A DNA stretch of 64,000 nt from Octopus sinensis (lineage: Eukaryota): NCBI RefSeq assembly GCF_006345805.1, contig NC_043023.1, positions 17,050,001-17,114,000 on the forward strand. Direction: 5' to 3'. The translations under genes and the position numbers were made by a program. The notes beneath the pieces are model-generated. The model had not been told where the DNA came from. It saw only the letters and a program-made list of their open reading frames with translations, and did no database searches. Below are positions 50,488 through 64,000 of the stretch, one piece after another. Numbering within the stretch: the first letter of the stretch is position 1; each line of letters begins with the position of its first letter.

Positions 50488-50703
50488 AGGCGGCGAGCTG
50501 GCAGAAACGTTAGCACGCCAGGCGAAATGCGTAGCCGTTATGTTCTGTGTTAAAATTCCGCCGAGGTCGACTTTGCCTTTCATTCTTTCGTGGTCGATAA
50601 CTTAAGTACCAGTTACGCACTGGGGTCAATGTAATCGACTTAATCCGTTTATCTGTCCTTGTTTGTGCTCTCTGTGTTTAGCCCCTTGTGGGTAGTAAAG
50701 AAT
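50488..50703 (+). mobile_element. SINE (ggcgagctggcagaa family)
   Basis: ggcggcgagctggcagaaacgttagc...gggtagtaaagaa. Confidence 0.8.
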
Positions 50704-50704
50704 T

Positions 50705-50970
50705 ACATATATATATACATAAATACATACATACATACATATATACATATATGCAAACACACATACATGCATGCATACATACATACATGCATGCATGCAT
50801 ACATGCATACATACACACACACATACATACATACCACATACATGCATACATACATAGACACACAAACGTACGTACATACAAGCATACATAGATACATAAA
50901 TACATACATACATATATACATACATACATACATATATACATACATAGAGACACACACAAACATACATATA

Positions 50971-51001
<31 letters not shown>

Positions 51002-53749
51002 GTATACATTCATGCATACATACATATATACATACATACACACTTACATACAAACATACATACACACATACATACATACAAACATACATACATACACACA
51101 TACACACATACACACATACATACATGGATTCATAAATAAATACATATATACATACATACATACATGCATATATACATACATACACACACATACATACATA
51201 CATATATACATACATGCATACATACATACATAAATGCATACATACATATATATACATACATACATACATACATATATACATGCATATATACATACATACA
51301 CACATACATGCATACATACATATATACATACAAACATATACACATGCATACAAACATACATACACACATACATACATACATTCAAACATACATACATGCA
51401 CACATACACACATATACACATACTTTCATACCTAAATACATACATACATACATACATGCATATATACATACATACACACACATACATACATACATATATA
51501 CATACATACATACATACACACATACATACATACACACATACATATATATATACATACATACATAAATACATACATACATACACACACACATACATACATA
51601 CATACAAATATACATACATACATACATACATACAAACATACATATATACATACACACATACACATATACACACATACACACATACATACATTCATACATA
51701 AATACATAAATACATACATACATACATACATGCATATATACATACATACATACAAACATATTAACATGCATATATACATACATACATATGGACATACATA
51801 CATACATACATAAATACATACATTCACACATACATACATACATACATACATACATACATGCATATATACATACATACATACATACATAAATACATACACA
51901 CTGACATATACATACATGCATATACATACATACATACATACATACATACATGCATACATATATACACATACATACATATGCATACATACATACATATACA
52001 TACATACATACACATATATATGTATGCATATATACATACATACATATACATACAAACATATATATACATACATACGTATATACATACATGCACACACATA
52101 CATATATATATATATACATACATACATACACACACGCATACATGCATATATATATATATACATACATACACACATATATTTATATACATACAAAAATATA
52201 TATACATACATACACACATACATAGAAACATATATATACATACATACATACATAATTATATACATACATGCACACAAGCATACATACATACAGGCATACA
52301 TACGTACATACATGCACACACACATACATACCTATCTACATACATACGAACATACATACATACACACACATACATACATACATACATACATACTTGCATA
52401 CATACATACATAATTACATACATACATACATATATACATACGTACATATATACATACATACATACATATATACATACATACACATACATACACACATATA
52501 TATGCATACATACACACACATTTATACATACATACATTTACATACATTCATACATACATACACACATACATACATACATACAGACAGACTTATATACACA
52601 CATACACACATACACACATACATACATACATAAATACATACAAACATACATACATATATATAAATACATACATACATATATACCTATATACATACATACA
52701 CGCTTAAACATACATATATACATACATACATACATACACACATACATACACATACATACATACATACATATACATACATACACACACACATACATACATA
52801 CACACATATATACACACACATATACATACATACATACATAAGTAACAAGTGGATTGCGTTTGTATGCAAGGTAATCGAAACGATTTTATTTTAACTTGGC
52901 AATATATCGATAGCTATAAATATTTAATTATGCACTAGATAAATTACACTTAATGTCCTCGAAAAAAACTGTGGTCAACGATTACATGAAGAGAATCCAT
53001 ATCTTATTGAAATGAAGCCTTGCTTTGGCTTGTATTTCGATTTAAAGTAAACGTTGCCTGGATACCAAACTTGAGAAATTAAAAAAATATATTAAAATTT
53101 CCAGAAGTTTAACATTTAAATATATACATATATATATAAACATGTCTACATATGCAACTATATGCATAAGAAGACATACATAAAGTAAAACATACAAATC
53201 TACACTTATACGTAAAAAAATACCCTGATGTTGAAATTCTAATGAAGGAGTCATGAATCTAGGTTAGAAACCAGCTCTTTCTCTATTGGCAAGAGATATT
53301 GAAATAAAACAGAACAATGACATTCATACATACATACATATATATACATATATATATTATATACATACATACATACATATATATACATATATATATATAT
53401 ATATACATACATACATACACACATATATATATATATATATAAATACTTACATACATATATATACATACATACAAACATACATATATATATACATACATAC
53501 ATATAGGCAAGAGATCTTGAAATAAAACTGAACAATGATCTTCATACATATATATATATACCATACATACATACATACGTACATACATACATACACAAAT
53601 ATATACGTACATACATACATATATATATATACATACATACATATATACATGCATACATATATATACCTACATATATATACATAAATACATACATATATAT
53701 ACATATTTACATATATATATACATACATACATACACAAATATATATATA

Positions 53750-53785
<36 letters not shown>

Positions 53786-53822
53786 CATCATATATATATA
53801 TACATACATACATACATACATG

Positions 53823-53856
<34 letters not shown>

Positions 53857-54323
53857 CATATATATATATGTGTATATATATATACATACATACTTATATA
53901 TACATACATACGTACATACAAATATATACATAGATACATATATACATACATGCACACACGTACATACATGCATACATACATACTTACATACACACATACA
54001 TACGTACATACACACATACATACATACATACTTACATATATATACATACATACATATATAAACATACATATATACATACATACACACATGCATAACTACA
54101 AACATACATATACATACATACATATATATACATACATACACACAGACAAATATATACATACATATATATACATACAGACATACATATATACATATATATA
54201 CATACAAACATATATATACATACATACATATATAGATACATATATAATACATACATACATACATATATATATATACATACATTCATATATATACATACAT
54301 ACATATATATATATACATACATA

Positions 54324-54361
<38 letters not shown>

Positions 54362-54555
54362 CATATATACATGCATACACACATATATACATACATGCAC
54401 ACACACATACATACATAAGTGCATGGATACATACATACATACACACATACATACATACCTACCTACCTACATACATACATACACATACATACATACAAAC
54501 AAACATACATATATACATACATACATACATACATACATACATACATACATACCTA
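50705..54555. repeat. Degenerate (TACA)n fields, interrupted at 52841-53330
   Basis: Directly visible; the source of dozens of spurious YIHT/MYVC ORFs. Confidence 0.95.
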
Positions 54556-55061
54556 AGTGTATGTACCGGTGTGCATGAAAATGGCTGTCTTGCATTTATT
54601 TGATAGGTAATATGAGAACATACTGTGTCACCCTGCGTCGCTGCACCCACCATTTCTTAGTGATTCCCTGACGGACGACGCCTTTGTATCATTTAGGTGA
54701 CAACCCTTCAACCCATGGTTCTGTTAGGGTAGTCGATGGTAGTGAGGGTTTTACGGGATCAAAGTGCAAATGCTATCTCGTCTCCTTTTAATCTCTGTTT
54801 AGAAAACGCAGACGAAACGTTGGGTCTATTCATTGATAAGCCAGTCCCCTTCACAGCCCTGGGGCAACGTGAAATGCAGTGTCTTGCTCAAGGATACAAT
54901 ACGCCATCCCGTCTGGGAATCGATTGCACGTTCAGAGGATCGTGAATGCAAATCCTGACCCCTAAGCCACTCACATTCACTGATGAAAAAAATGTATAAA
55001 CTTTGGGATTTTATTTAAAAATTCAATAAAATGATAATCGTGGTTCCTGATTGCGAATATA

Positions 55062-56714
55062 GGATCTTTTCCGTTTGACCAACAGTTGTTAACATAACTT
55101 CCACAAAACTAAAACCTTTTAAACTTCGTATTCTGGTAGAATGTATTTATAAAACATCTTTTTCCCTTGTTTTTATTGAGAAAATTCTTTGATAAAGTCG
55201 ATCATGGAATGATATGTCACAAACTGCGTGATCTCAACATAGTTGGAAAACTGGGAGAATGGCTTCATGACTTTCTGAAAGATAGAAGTCAGGTGGTAGT
55301 AGCCAATGGGGCCACTTCCATTAACACGCAAATAGTGAGCGGTGTTCCGCAGGGCACTGTTTTGGGACCACTACTGTTCATAATGGCCCTCTCAGACATG
55401 CCCTCAGCCACGCAGAGAGCCACGATCACAAGTTATGCAGATGATACAAAAGTTTCACAGGCAATACAGAACCCTGAGGACACTAAACGCCTGCAATATG
55501 AGCTGGACAAAATATACAAGTGGGCTGAAAAGAATAGCATGCAGTTCAATGCTGAAAAGTTTCAAGCTTTATACTATCAGCATGCAAAACTAAATGCAAT
55601 ACCCAATGAATACACTGGACCCGGAGGAATAGCTATCCCAGAGGCACAATCAGTGCGTGACCTGGGTATTTACATGAGTGATGACGCAACCTTTCGTGTA
55701 CATGTTGCTAAATTGGCACTGAAATGTAGACGACTGGCCGGATGGATTCTCAGAACCTTTAGAACAAGAGAACAAGAAACCATGATGGTCCTCTGGAGGA
55801 CACTTGTCCTAAGCCACTTTGACTATTGCTCTCAGTTATGGTCACCATCCAGTGTCAAGTTGATCACAGAACTCGAGGCGATCCAACGTAGCTACACGAA
55901 GAAGATAGCCTCTATGCAGAATGTAAGCTACTGGGAAAGACTCAAGAGATTAAAACTATATTCCTTGGAGCGTAGGCGGGAAAGATATGCCATAATATAC
56001 ATCTGGAAGATCCTGGAGGGACGTGTCCCAAACTTTGGCATCGAGAGTTACACAAATGCCAGAACTGGGCGCCACTGGGTGGTGCCTAGGACTCCAAATT
56101 TGCCATCAAGATGTAGGACAAGATACCGTGATAGCCTGGGCTTCCGAGGCCCACAGCTCTTCAATATCCTCCCGAAGAACCTGAGAGATCTGCATGGGGT
56201 GGATGCAGATGTCTTTAAAATGAATCTTGATCTCTTCCTGTCAGGTGTCCCAGATGAACCAACTTCACGGCAGGAGGTGCAGATGAGGGCAGCTGCATCG
56301 AACTCTCTCATGCACCAAATAGCAGTTGCTAAAAAGCTTTCGTGAAGTAAAACCATGAAGCAACACCAAATGGCGGTGCCCCAGCAAGGCCACAGCTCAT
56401 GAGCTGAAACTAAAATCAATCAATCAATCAATCAATTTGTAAGATATTTGATGTTGTTTTTCTTCAATTTCTGCTATTCCAACCAATCAATGACGTCTAT
56501 TGAGGTAAAAAAATTTCTGTGCGTATGAATATATCCCTCGTTTAAGAAACAGATTGGGTTTATTTACACTTCTGAAGAAAAAAAGATACACTTCCCGCCA
56601 CCCCTAACCCTAAACTAGATTGAAATGCAATAGATCGATACTAGCGTCATAATTATAGGTGACAATTTCATAAGTTACCGCTAGAAAAAACTGCCTTTCA
56701 AACTAAAAAGAGCC
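55062..56714. mobile_element. Older Merlin-like MITE copy interrupted by a LINE
   Basis: Diverged TIRs; TSD cgaatata/tgaatatc (6 of 8 match); MITE sequence resumes at 56436. Confidence 0.8.
55188..56435 (+). mobile_element. 5'-truncated CR1-clade LINE with an open RT C-terminal frame
   Basis: ORF 55167..56345: FDKVDH, GVPQGTVLGPLLF, YADD, DLGI, LERRRERY; (ATCA)n tail. Confidence 0.95.
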
Positions 56715-56909
56715 TGAATATCTTCTAATCGATTCTTAATATTAACTGATTATGTTCAGCGGAATAAATGGCTGCTTAAGCGCATAAAATATTTATACTG
56801 TAATGATTTTCAGAAAGATAGGAAATATACTAATAACAAATTAACCCCGATAAACTAAAAATTGATTAGACTCAAGGTTGTTTAACGCAATCTATAGCTG
56901 GATATTTTT

Positions 56910-57523
56910 AATATACATACGTACATATATACATATATATATACATACATACATACATGCATACATACATACATACATATATATGTACATAAATACACAC
57001 ACATATATATATACACATACATACATATATACACATTCATACATATATATATATACATACATACAAACATATATATATACCTACATACACATATATACAT
57101 ACATACATACAAACATATATATATATACGTACATACATACATATATATACATACATAGTAACATACATACATACTTACATACATACATACATACATACAT
57201 ATATACATACATTCACACACATACATACATACATACGTATACATACATATATATGTATACATACATGCATACATACATATACATACATACATATATATAC
57301 ATACATATCTACATACATATATATACATACACACATATATATACATACATATATGCATACATACATACATACATACATATATATATATATACATACATAC
57401 ATATATATAAACACACATATATACATGCATACATACACACATATATACATAAACATACAAACATGCATACATACATTCGTACATACATTCATACAAACAT
57501 ACATATATATATAAATACATACA

Positions 57524-57555
<32 letters not shown>

Positions 57556-57569
57556 CTATATACATGTAT
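56910..57569. repeat. (TACA)n field
   Basis: Directly visible. Confidence 0.95.
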
Positions 57570-60500
57570 AAATCCTTAAATCCTTAAAAATGTTTTAGCC
57601 CGAAGGCCGCGGCCATGCTGGGGCACCACCGCTGAATGAGCTACACTAGTTGTGAATCCACCTCTGATACGTGGCACTTGATCAACAAGGGTCGATTGAT
57701 GCTGCCCGCATCCGTGTCTCCTGTCGTGAGGTAGGTTCATCTGGGACTCCCAACAAGAAGAGATCCAGTTTAGTTTTAAAGAAACCCACATCCACACCAT
57801 GTAAGTCTCTCAGGCATTTAGGGAGGATGTTAAAGAGCTGTGGTCCTCTGAAACCAAGCTGTTGCAGTATCTAGACCTGTATTTTGATGGTGATGTTGGA
57901 ATCCTTGGCACCACGCAGCGGCGCCCCGTTCTGCGGTTGGAGTAACTTTGAATGCCAAAGTTTGGGACAAGACCCTCCAGGATTTTCCAGATGTATATCA
58001 CTGCATATCTCTCCCGCCTCCGCTCCAGGGAGAAGAGGTTTAATACCTTCAGTCTTTCCCAGTAGCTGACATTGAGACGATTTTCTTTGTGTAGCTTCTC
58101 TGAGTTGCTTCGAGTTCTGCTGTTTGTTTTATATTGTGTGGTGACCAAAGTTGGGAGCAGTAGTCCAAGCGGCTGAGGACAAATGTTTTCCATAGGACCA
58201 TCAGTGTCTCCTTCTCTCTTGTTCTGAAAGTTCGGAGAATCCATCCAGCTAGCCGTCTGCATTTTATCACCAGATTAGCAATATGCATTTGGAAAGATGC
58301 ATCATTGCTCATGTCAATGCCCAGGTCACGCACTGATTTTGACTCAGGGATTGCAATTCTTCCTGGGCCAGTGTATCCAGTCTTCACGTCATTTACCTTG
58401 TGTGCCAGTAGCGCACGGCCTGGAACTTACCTGCATTAAACTGCATGTTGTTGTCCTCAGCCCACCTGTATATTGTGTCCAGCTCATGTTGCAGATGCGC
58501 AATATTTTCAGGGTTTTGTATTGCGTGGGAGACTTTTGTGTCATCTGCATAGCTAGCAAGGGTGGTCATCGTAGCAACTGAAGGCATGTCTGAAAGGGCC
58601 ACTATGAACATCAGTGGCCCCAAGACAGTGCCCTGTGGGACACCGCTTGTTATTTGCGTTTCCCTGGAGGTGGCTCCATTGCTCACAACTGCCTGTTTTC
58701 TGTCTTTTAGGAAGTTGTGCAGCCACTCTCCAAGTTTTCCGCCTCAGTCGAGATATATTACATCCACATTTGAGCCATTTAGTAGCTGTTTTAACACCCA
58801 GTCATAGTGTTGCAGGAGCTGTGTTAGGCAGCCTCTACCTGGTCGAAATCCATGCTGGGTGTCAGACAGTAAGTAATTTTCTTCAAGGAACATGATTAGT
58901 TTCTTACGGACTATTCGTTCCATGACTTTGCTGATGTGTGAGGTCAGAGAGATAGGCCTATAATTTTAGCATCTGCTCTGCTACCTCCCTTATGGATAGG
59001 GCATATTACCCCCTCTTTCAGTTTGACTGGGAGCTACCACTTGCAAGAAAGCTCTGAAAAAGAAGCTGTAGCGGTTTTGCAAGGGCTCGTTTGCACGATT
59101 TGAGAAGGATCGCTGGGAATCCATCAGGTCCAGCAGCTGAGTTTGTGTCAATCTCATCAATGGCTAGTGTGATATCATCTTCTTCGATGTTGATGTACTC
59201 AATTTTTGTCTCTTTGGCCGCTGGTAAAGTGGGCAAAGAATTCTTCTGGGTTGTTTACTTGCCTGTGTCCTAGAGGTGTAGTGAAACACTTTGGAACTGT
59301 TCGTTCAGTATTTCACTTATCCTCGTGGGATTTCCTGTGAGAGAGCCATCTTTTTGGAAGAGAGGTCCTATTCTCTGGTGCACTGTGGCTGTCTCTTTGG
59401 CAAACTTAAAGAAAGCTTTAGGGTTTGATTTTATTTTTCTATTACCCAAGCTTCTTTACCTGCTCTCTCCTTTTCATGGGACTGATGTAGACTTTTCTCA
59501 GTTTCCATTAGCATTCTTTCGAGCCGAGACTTCTCACCACTTTTGGTGTGCTTGCTCAGGCGGTTTGCAATCCTTGTCCGTCGTCTCATAAGAATCCTCC
59601 TTTCTCTAGGGATCCTGTTTTGTTCTTGTGTGTGCTGGCCCTGCACATTGGGACATTTTGTCACATATGGCTTGTATTATGGATATGAAGTGTTTGTGTT
59701 TCATGTTTATGTCCGGTGTGGAGAGACATTCAGGCCAATCCTGTTTGAGGATCTCTTTCAATCGACTTCCAGTTGGCTTTATGAAAGTTTAAGTTGGAGA
59801 GATGGTGGGTGCTTCGTATAGGCTGTGTGTCTGCGGGGTCTTTTGTTCCATACATAGACAGCTCTATTATGTTGTGATCCGAGATCATTGTCGGCATCAC
59901 ATTAACATTATAGATAATATCCATATTGTTTGTGAAGCAGAGATCCAGTATATTATCTGCCCTTGTTGGTTGCAGAACTATTTGCTCCATGAAAGAGGCA
60001 TTTGTGAGATGGAGCAGGGACTCCACCTGTGCCTGCTGATGGTGTGTCATCCCTGGGAGCATCTGCCCCCCAGGCCATTCCACATTGGGGAGGTTAAAGT
60101 CACCCATGAAGAATACACTGTTGTGCTGTTCAAGGTTGGTGAGGACTTCTCCTATTTTTGTTAGGCAGTCTTCAAAAGATGCCTGAGTGTTTTGGGGCGT
60201 CTGGTGGGCGATATGTAGTGCATATGACGATATTCAGTTGTCTTATGTGTACAATTTGAGTTTCACATACTGAGTTTGAATATGACAGCAGGACCTGGGG
60301 CGTGAGGTCATCTCGGATGTACATTGCAACTCCACCATGGCTCCTCCCTTTTCTATCTGTGCGTATGACTGCATATTGCGGCATGTGTATTTCTGCATCA
60401 CCTATATCGGGTTCAAGATGCGTTTCTGTGAGTGCCATGCATATAGCTTGATTGCATGTCACAAGGTCTCTCAGGAATGAAATTTTCTTTTTACAGTTTC

Positions 60501-62300
60501 CGCGCAGCAGCCCTCCTACATTCAGTAGAAATATTTTTGTGGTGTGTGTGTTGGTGTTGGTGTTGGTGTCTGTGGTGGCCATCCTGCATCTGTTGGAGGT
60601 GGCCTTATGTGGTGGTAGTTCCAGCTTTGTGCTTGTAGCCAGGTCAGCTGCTGAACAATTTTTTGTGCCATGCACAAAAAAGACTGCTGTTCAGCTGCCG
60701 CCCTTCTCACATCTGGGTGAAGCTGGCCCCTGTTGGGTTTCCGCGCACCACATCTGCATACCGTCTTTCAGTAGTGGTCAGTGCGCTTTTTCCTTCTTTT
60801 AACTTTTTGTTTGTTTTTGTTTTTGTTCTCCCTGAGGGAGGGACCTCTGTCTCGCGTCCGTGCAGTTTTGGTAGGGCCTCCGATGTGCAAAGCGACAGTT
60901 TGCACCTTCAACGCCGTACCAGCAGTCCCCCCTCAGGTAGAATTTGCAGGTGTTTCTTTCCTGCCCTTACAGTTTTGCTGGGGTCCCTCTGCTTTCTCTG
61001 GACAGGGCTTCCTTTAGCCTTGATTCTGTCACCCTTTACCTCCTGCTTCCCATCAATTCCAGGGTGCCTTTCCTTTCTTGCGGCCCATCGCACCTCTTTG
61101 GTCTTCAGTTGTGGTGTTGGAAGCTGGACATGTGTCATCGTTCCCTGTGTTCCAGGCTTCTCCATTTGGCTCTGGATGCTTTCCTCATCCTTTTGGCCCT
61201 CCCTGCTGCCGTCACCTCCCAGGATGATGTCCAGGGTGTCCACATGTTGCCTGATTAGAGCGTACGAACGGATAACTTCTCTCTTCTTTCGCTCTATCTG
61301 GGGGCGGTGGTTCTCGAAAAATTGTTGCTTTTCAGCGCCGCAGCAATAATGTCGTTCGGCGAGTCGTCCTCAGCGATCTTCCAAGCGCGGACGAACAATT
61401 GCACCTCTCTCGCAGACCAGTTTCTTGCCATTTTCTTCTAGTGAAATATAGGAACAGAGAGAGAGATAGAGAAGGAGAGATAAGATGGAGAGGGAGAAGA
61501 GAAAGGAGAAAAGCCAGGGGGGATAGAGAGAGACGAGGGGATTGTCCTGAGAGAAGAGAGAAAGAGAGAAAATAAGAGGGAAAAAAGAGAAAGGTGAAAG
61601 AATGGCAGGTCAGCAGGGGGAGAGTGAGCGGGGAGGGATAGAGTGTATGTAGTAGAAAGGGACAGGGTGGAAAAGTGAGACAAGAGGGTGGACCCTAGGG
61701 GGAGCAGGGAGAAGAAAGGCGAGAGAGATAAAATGGAGAGGAAGAGAGAGATGAAATGGAGAGGGAGAGAGAGAGAGGGCAGGATAGAGGTACTAGGGAG
61801 TGAAGTAAAGGGACAGAGAGGGTGGTGTGGAGGAAGGAGACAGAGAGAGGAAAAAAGAGACAGGGCGTGGTGAGCCTTAGAGGGAACAGGGAGAGGAAGG
61901 TAGGAAGAAAAAAGGGGAAGTGGAAGAGAGGGCGCAACAGAGTGTAGTAAAGGGACAGGGAGGGTGGTGTAGAGAAAGAAATAAGGGACAGAAGGGGAAG
62001 AGGAAAAGGGGTTTGACCTGTGAAGGAGCGGAGAGGAAAGAGGCAGAGAGAGGGGGGGGGAGGGAGAGAGTAACAGAGAGAGAGAGAATGAGTGAAGTTG
62101 AGGAACTGAGAGAGGGGTGAGGTGAGAGAAAGTTGATCTGAGAGAGATGCAGAAAGAGAAACGATTGCAGAGGGAGAGAGGGGAGGAGGGGAGAGTGAGA
62201 GCGGAAATAGAGGGTCTGGTGGATGGGGAGACAGATAAGGTATAAACTGTATGAGAGAGATAGAAATAGAAATGTAAGAAAGAGAGGGAGAGATTATAAA
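57570..62300 (-). mobile_element. Near full-length, disrupted CR1-clade LINE (CT-rich 5' region, ORF1 from 61431, APE endonuclease, RT)
   Basis: EN motifs LTETHL, RTDR..GGVAMY, YRPP, GDFNLP, LDL, SDHN; RT motifs AAGPDG, GVPQGTVLGP, YADD; ~22-codon deletion after VIYLD; many frameshifts; (TTTAAGGA)n tail. The 5' boundary is uncertain. Confidence 0.9.
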
Positions 62301-62596
62301 GATAGAATAGCGCGTATTTTTATATCTTTTTAATTATCATTTTCTGTTTGAAAGAACACTAATGATAACAAATAATAAAAATGTATGAGAGAGATAGAAA
62401 TAGAAATGTAAGAAAGAGAAGGAGAGAGTGTGTGGCAGGTACGGGGGACGAAATTATAAAGATTATAAAGATAGAATACCGCGTATTTTTATATTTTTAT
62501 ATCTTTTTTTTTTTTTTTAATTATTTTCTGTTTGAAAGAACACTAATGATAACAAAATAAATAATATCTTCCTTACCTGGCTGAGAGAGTACTTAC

Positions 62597-62921
62597 GTAT
62601 GTATATACATACATACATGCATACATATATACATACACACATATACATACATACATATGCATACATGCATACGTACATACATACATACATATACTTACAT
62701 ACTTATACATACATACATACATACATACAAATACATACATACATGCATAAACACACATACATACATACATGCATAACATACATACGTTCATACATATATA
62801 AATACATACATACATACATACACATACATACATAGATTCATACATATATAAATACATATATACATATACATACATATACATACATACATATACATACATA
62901 CATACATATACATACATATAT

Positions 62922-62954
<33 letters not shown>

Positions 62955-63265
62955 CATCCATACATATATATACATACATACATATATATACATACGTACA
63001 TATACATACATAAATATACATACAAACATACATACATGCATACATACATGCATACATATACATCCATAAATATATATACATACATACATATATACATACA
63101 TACATACATACATAAATACATATATACATATATACATATATTCATACATACATACAAACACATATACACATACATATATTCATAAATAAATACACATAGA
63201 TACATACATACATAGATACATACATACATATACATACATACATACAAACATTCATACATACATGT
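62597..63265. repeat. (TACA)n field
   Basis: Directly visible. Confidence 0.95.
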
Positions 63266-63267
63266 AT

Positions 63268-63522
63268 TGAGGAGAAGTGGGCCATTGAACTGAGGAGAAG
63301 TGGGCCATTGAAATGAGGAGAAGTGGGCCATTGAATCTGAGGAGAAGTGGGCCATTGAAATGAGGAGAAGTGGGCCATTGAAATGAGGAGAAGTGGGCCA
63401 TTGAATCTGAGGAGAAGTGGGCCATTGAACTGAGGAGAAGTGGGCCATTGAAATGAGGAGAAGTGGGCCATTGAATCTGAGGAGAAGTGGGCCATTGAAA
63501 TGAGGAGAAGTGGGCCATTGAA
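63268..63522 (+). repeat. 11 x 23-24-bp minisatellite derived from the LINE 5' junction
   Basis: Unit tgaggagaagtgggccattgaa(c/a/tc), with a 70-bp trimer period. Confidence 0.92.
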
Positions 63523-64000
63523 AAAATCAAACTCAACCCCAAAGTGTTCTTTTCATTTGCGAGGAAAACGCAGGGTCACTGTCTCCACTGTAGGCCCTCT
63601 AATTGACGAACTGGCACTCTCCAAGATAATGCCAAATCCATGGCCGAGATACTGCAGAAACAATACTGCTCTGTTTTCATCCTGATATGGCCGATCTGGG
63701 CTGTATCAGTGATGTCAACCCCCAACACACTATATCGGACATAACGTTTAGTGCCCCTGATGTCTTAGCGGCGATAAACGAAATAAAACACAATTCAGCA
63801 GTAGGCCCCGATAGGTTCCCTGCTTGTGTCCTGAAGGTGGTGTCGACACCAACTTGCATCTCCCCTTGCTAATCTGTGGAGAAACTCACTGGATGCTGGC
63901 TATATTCCAAAAACCCTTCTGTCCAGTCTGTTGTCCCAGTTTTCAAAAGGGAAACAAGTCCCTTGCAGTGAATTACCGTCCGATCTCACTCACCTCTCAT
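63502..64000 (+). mobile_element. 5'-truncated CR1-clade LINE (ORF2 tether/RT start), runs off the window
   Basis: EEKWAIEKIKLNPKVFFSFARK...SAVGPDRFPACVLK...VVPVFK...VNYRPISLTSH, with frameshifts. Confidence 0.88.

Noticed and set aside
55167-56345. 392-aa ORF as an intact RT gene
   Set aside because: The first ~7 codons come from the host MITE (TTG start); the LINE is 5'-truncated and lacks the endonuclease and the RT N-terminus.
60663-61349. 228-aa + strand ORF
   Set aside because: It is antisense to LINE ORF1 and has no independent coding features.
44900-63500. Dozens of long YIHT/MYVC ORFs
   Set aside because: They are translations of (TACA)n/(TA)n microsatellites, which lack stop codons by composition.

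Overview
This is repeat-saturated, AT-rich eukaryotic DNA, most likely from an octopus or other coleoid cephalopod. That assignment is an inference from the YHCDICGKSFS-type C2H2 array, the SINE families and the very large (TACA)n/(TA)n fields. Host genes: (i) a nine-finger C2H2 zinc-finger ORF (12234-13040, +), followed by a SINE+CR1 insertion and decayed extra fingers; (ii) a five-exon minus-strand gene (36405->33472) largely missed by the ORF track, rebuilt from splice sites, with a few 1-nt lesions that look like assembly errors. Everything else is mobile or repetitive DNA: CR1 and RTE LINEs, several tRNA-type SINE families, Helitrons, mariner and piggyBac relics, a GG-ended MITE with 8-bp TSDs that carries internal tandem arrays, a 12.6-kb 38-bp satellite next to an assembly gap, and a ~1.1-kb triplication. 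The most notable signal is three unrelated fold-back elements (1.1, 42.1 and 45.8 kb), each beside or inside microsatellite DNA. Each has a minimal type I hammerhead-ribozyme fold with a self-complementary stem III at its centre, and one has a G3-C8 swapped core. Most short ORFs in the track are microsatellite or satellite artefacts. Coordinates were read by eye and boundaries may be off by a few nt.
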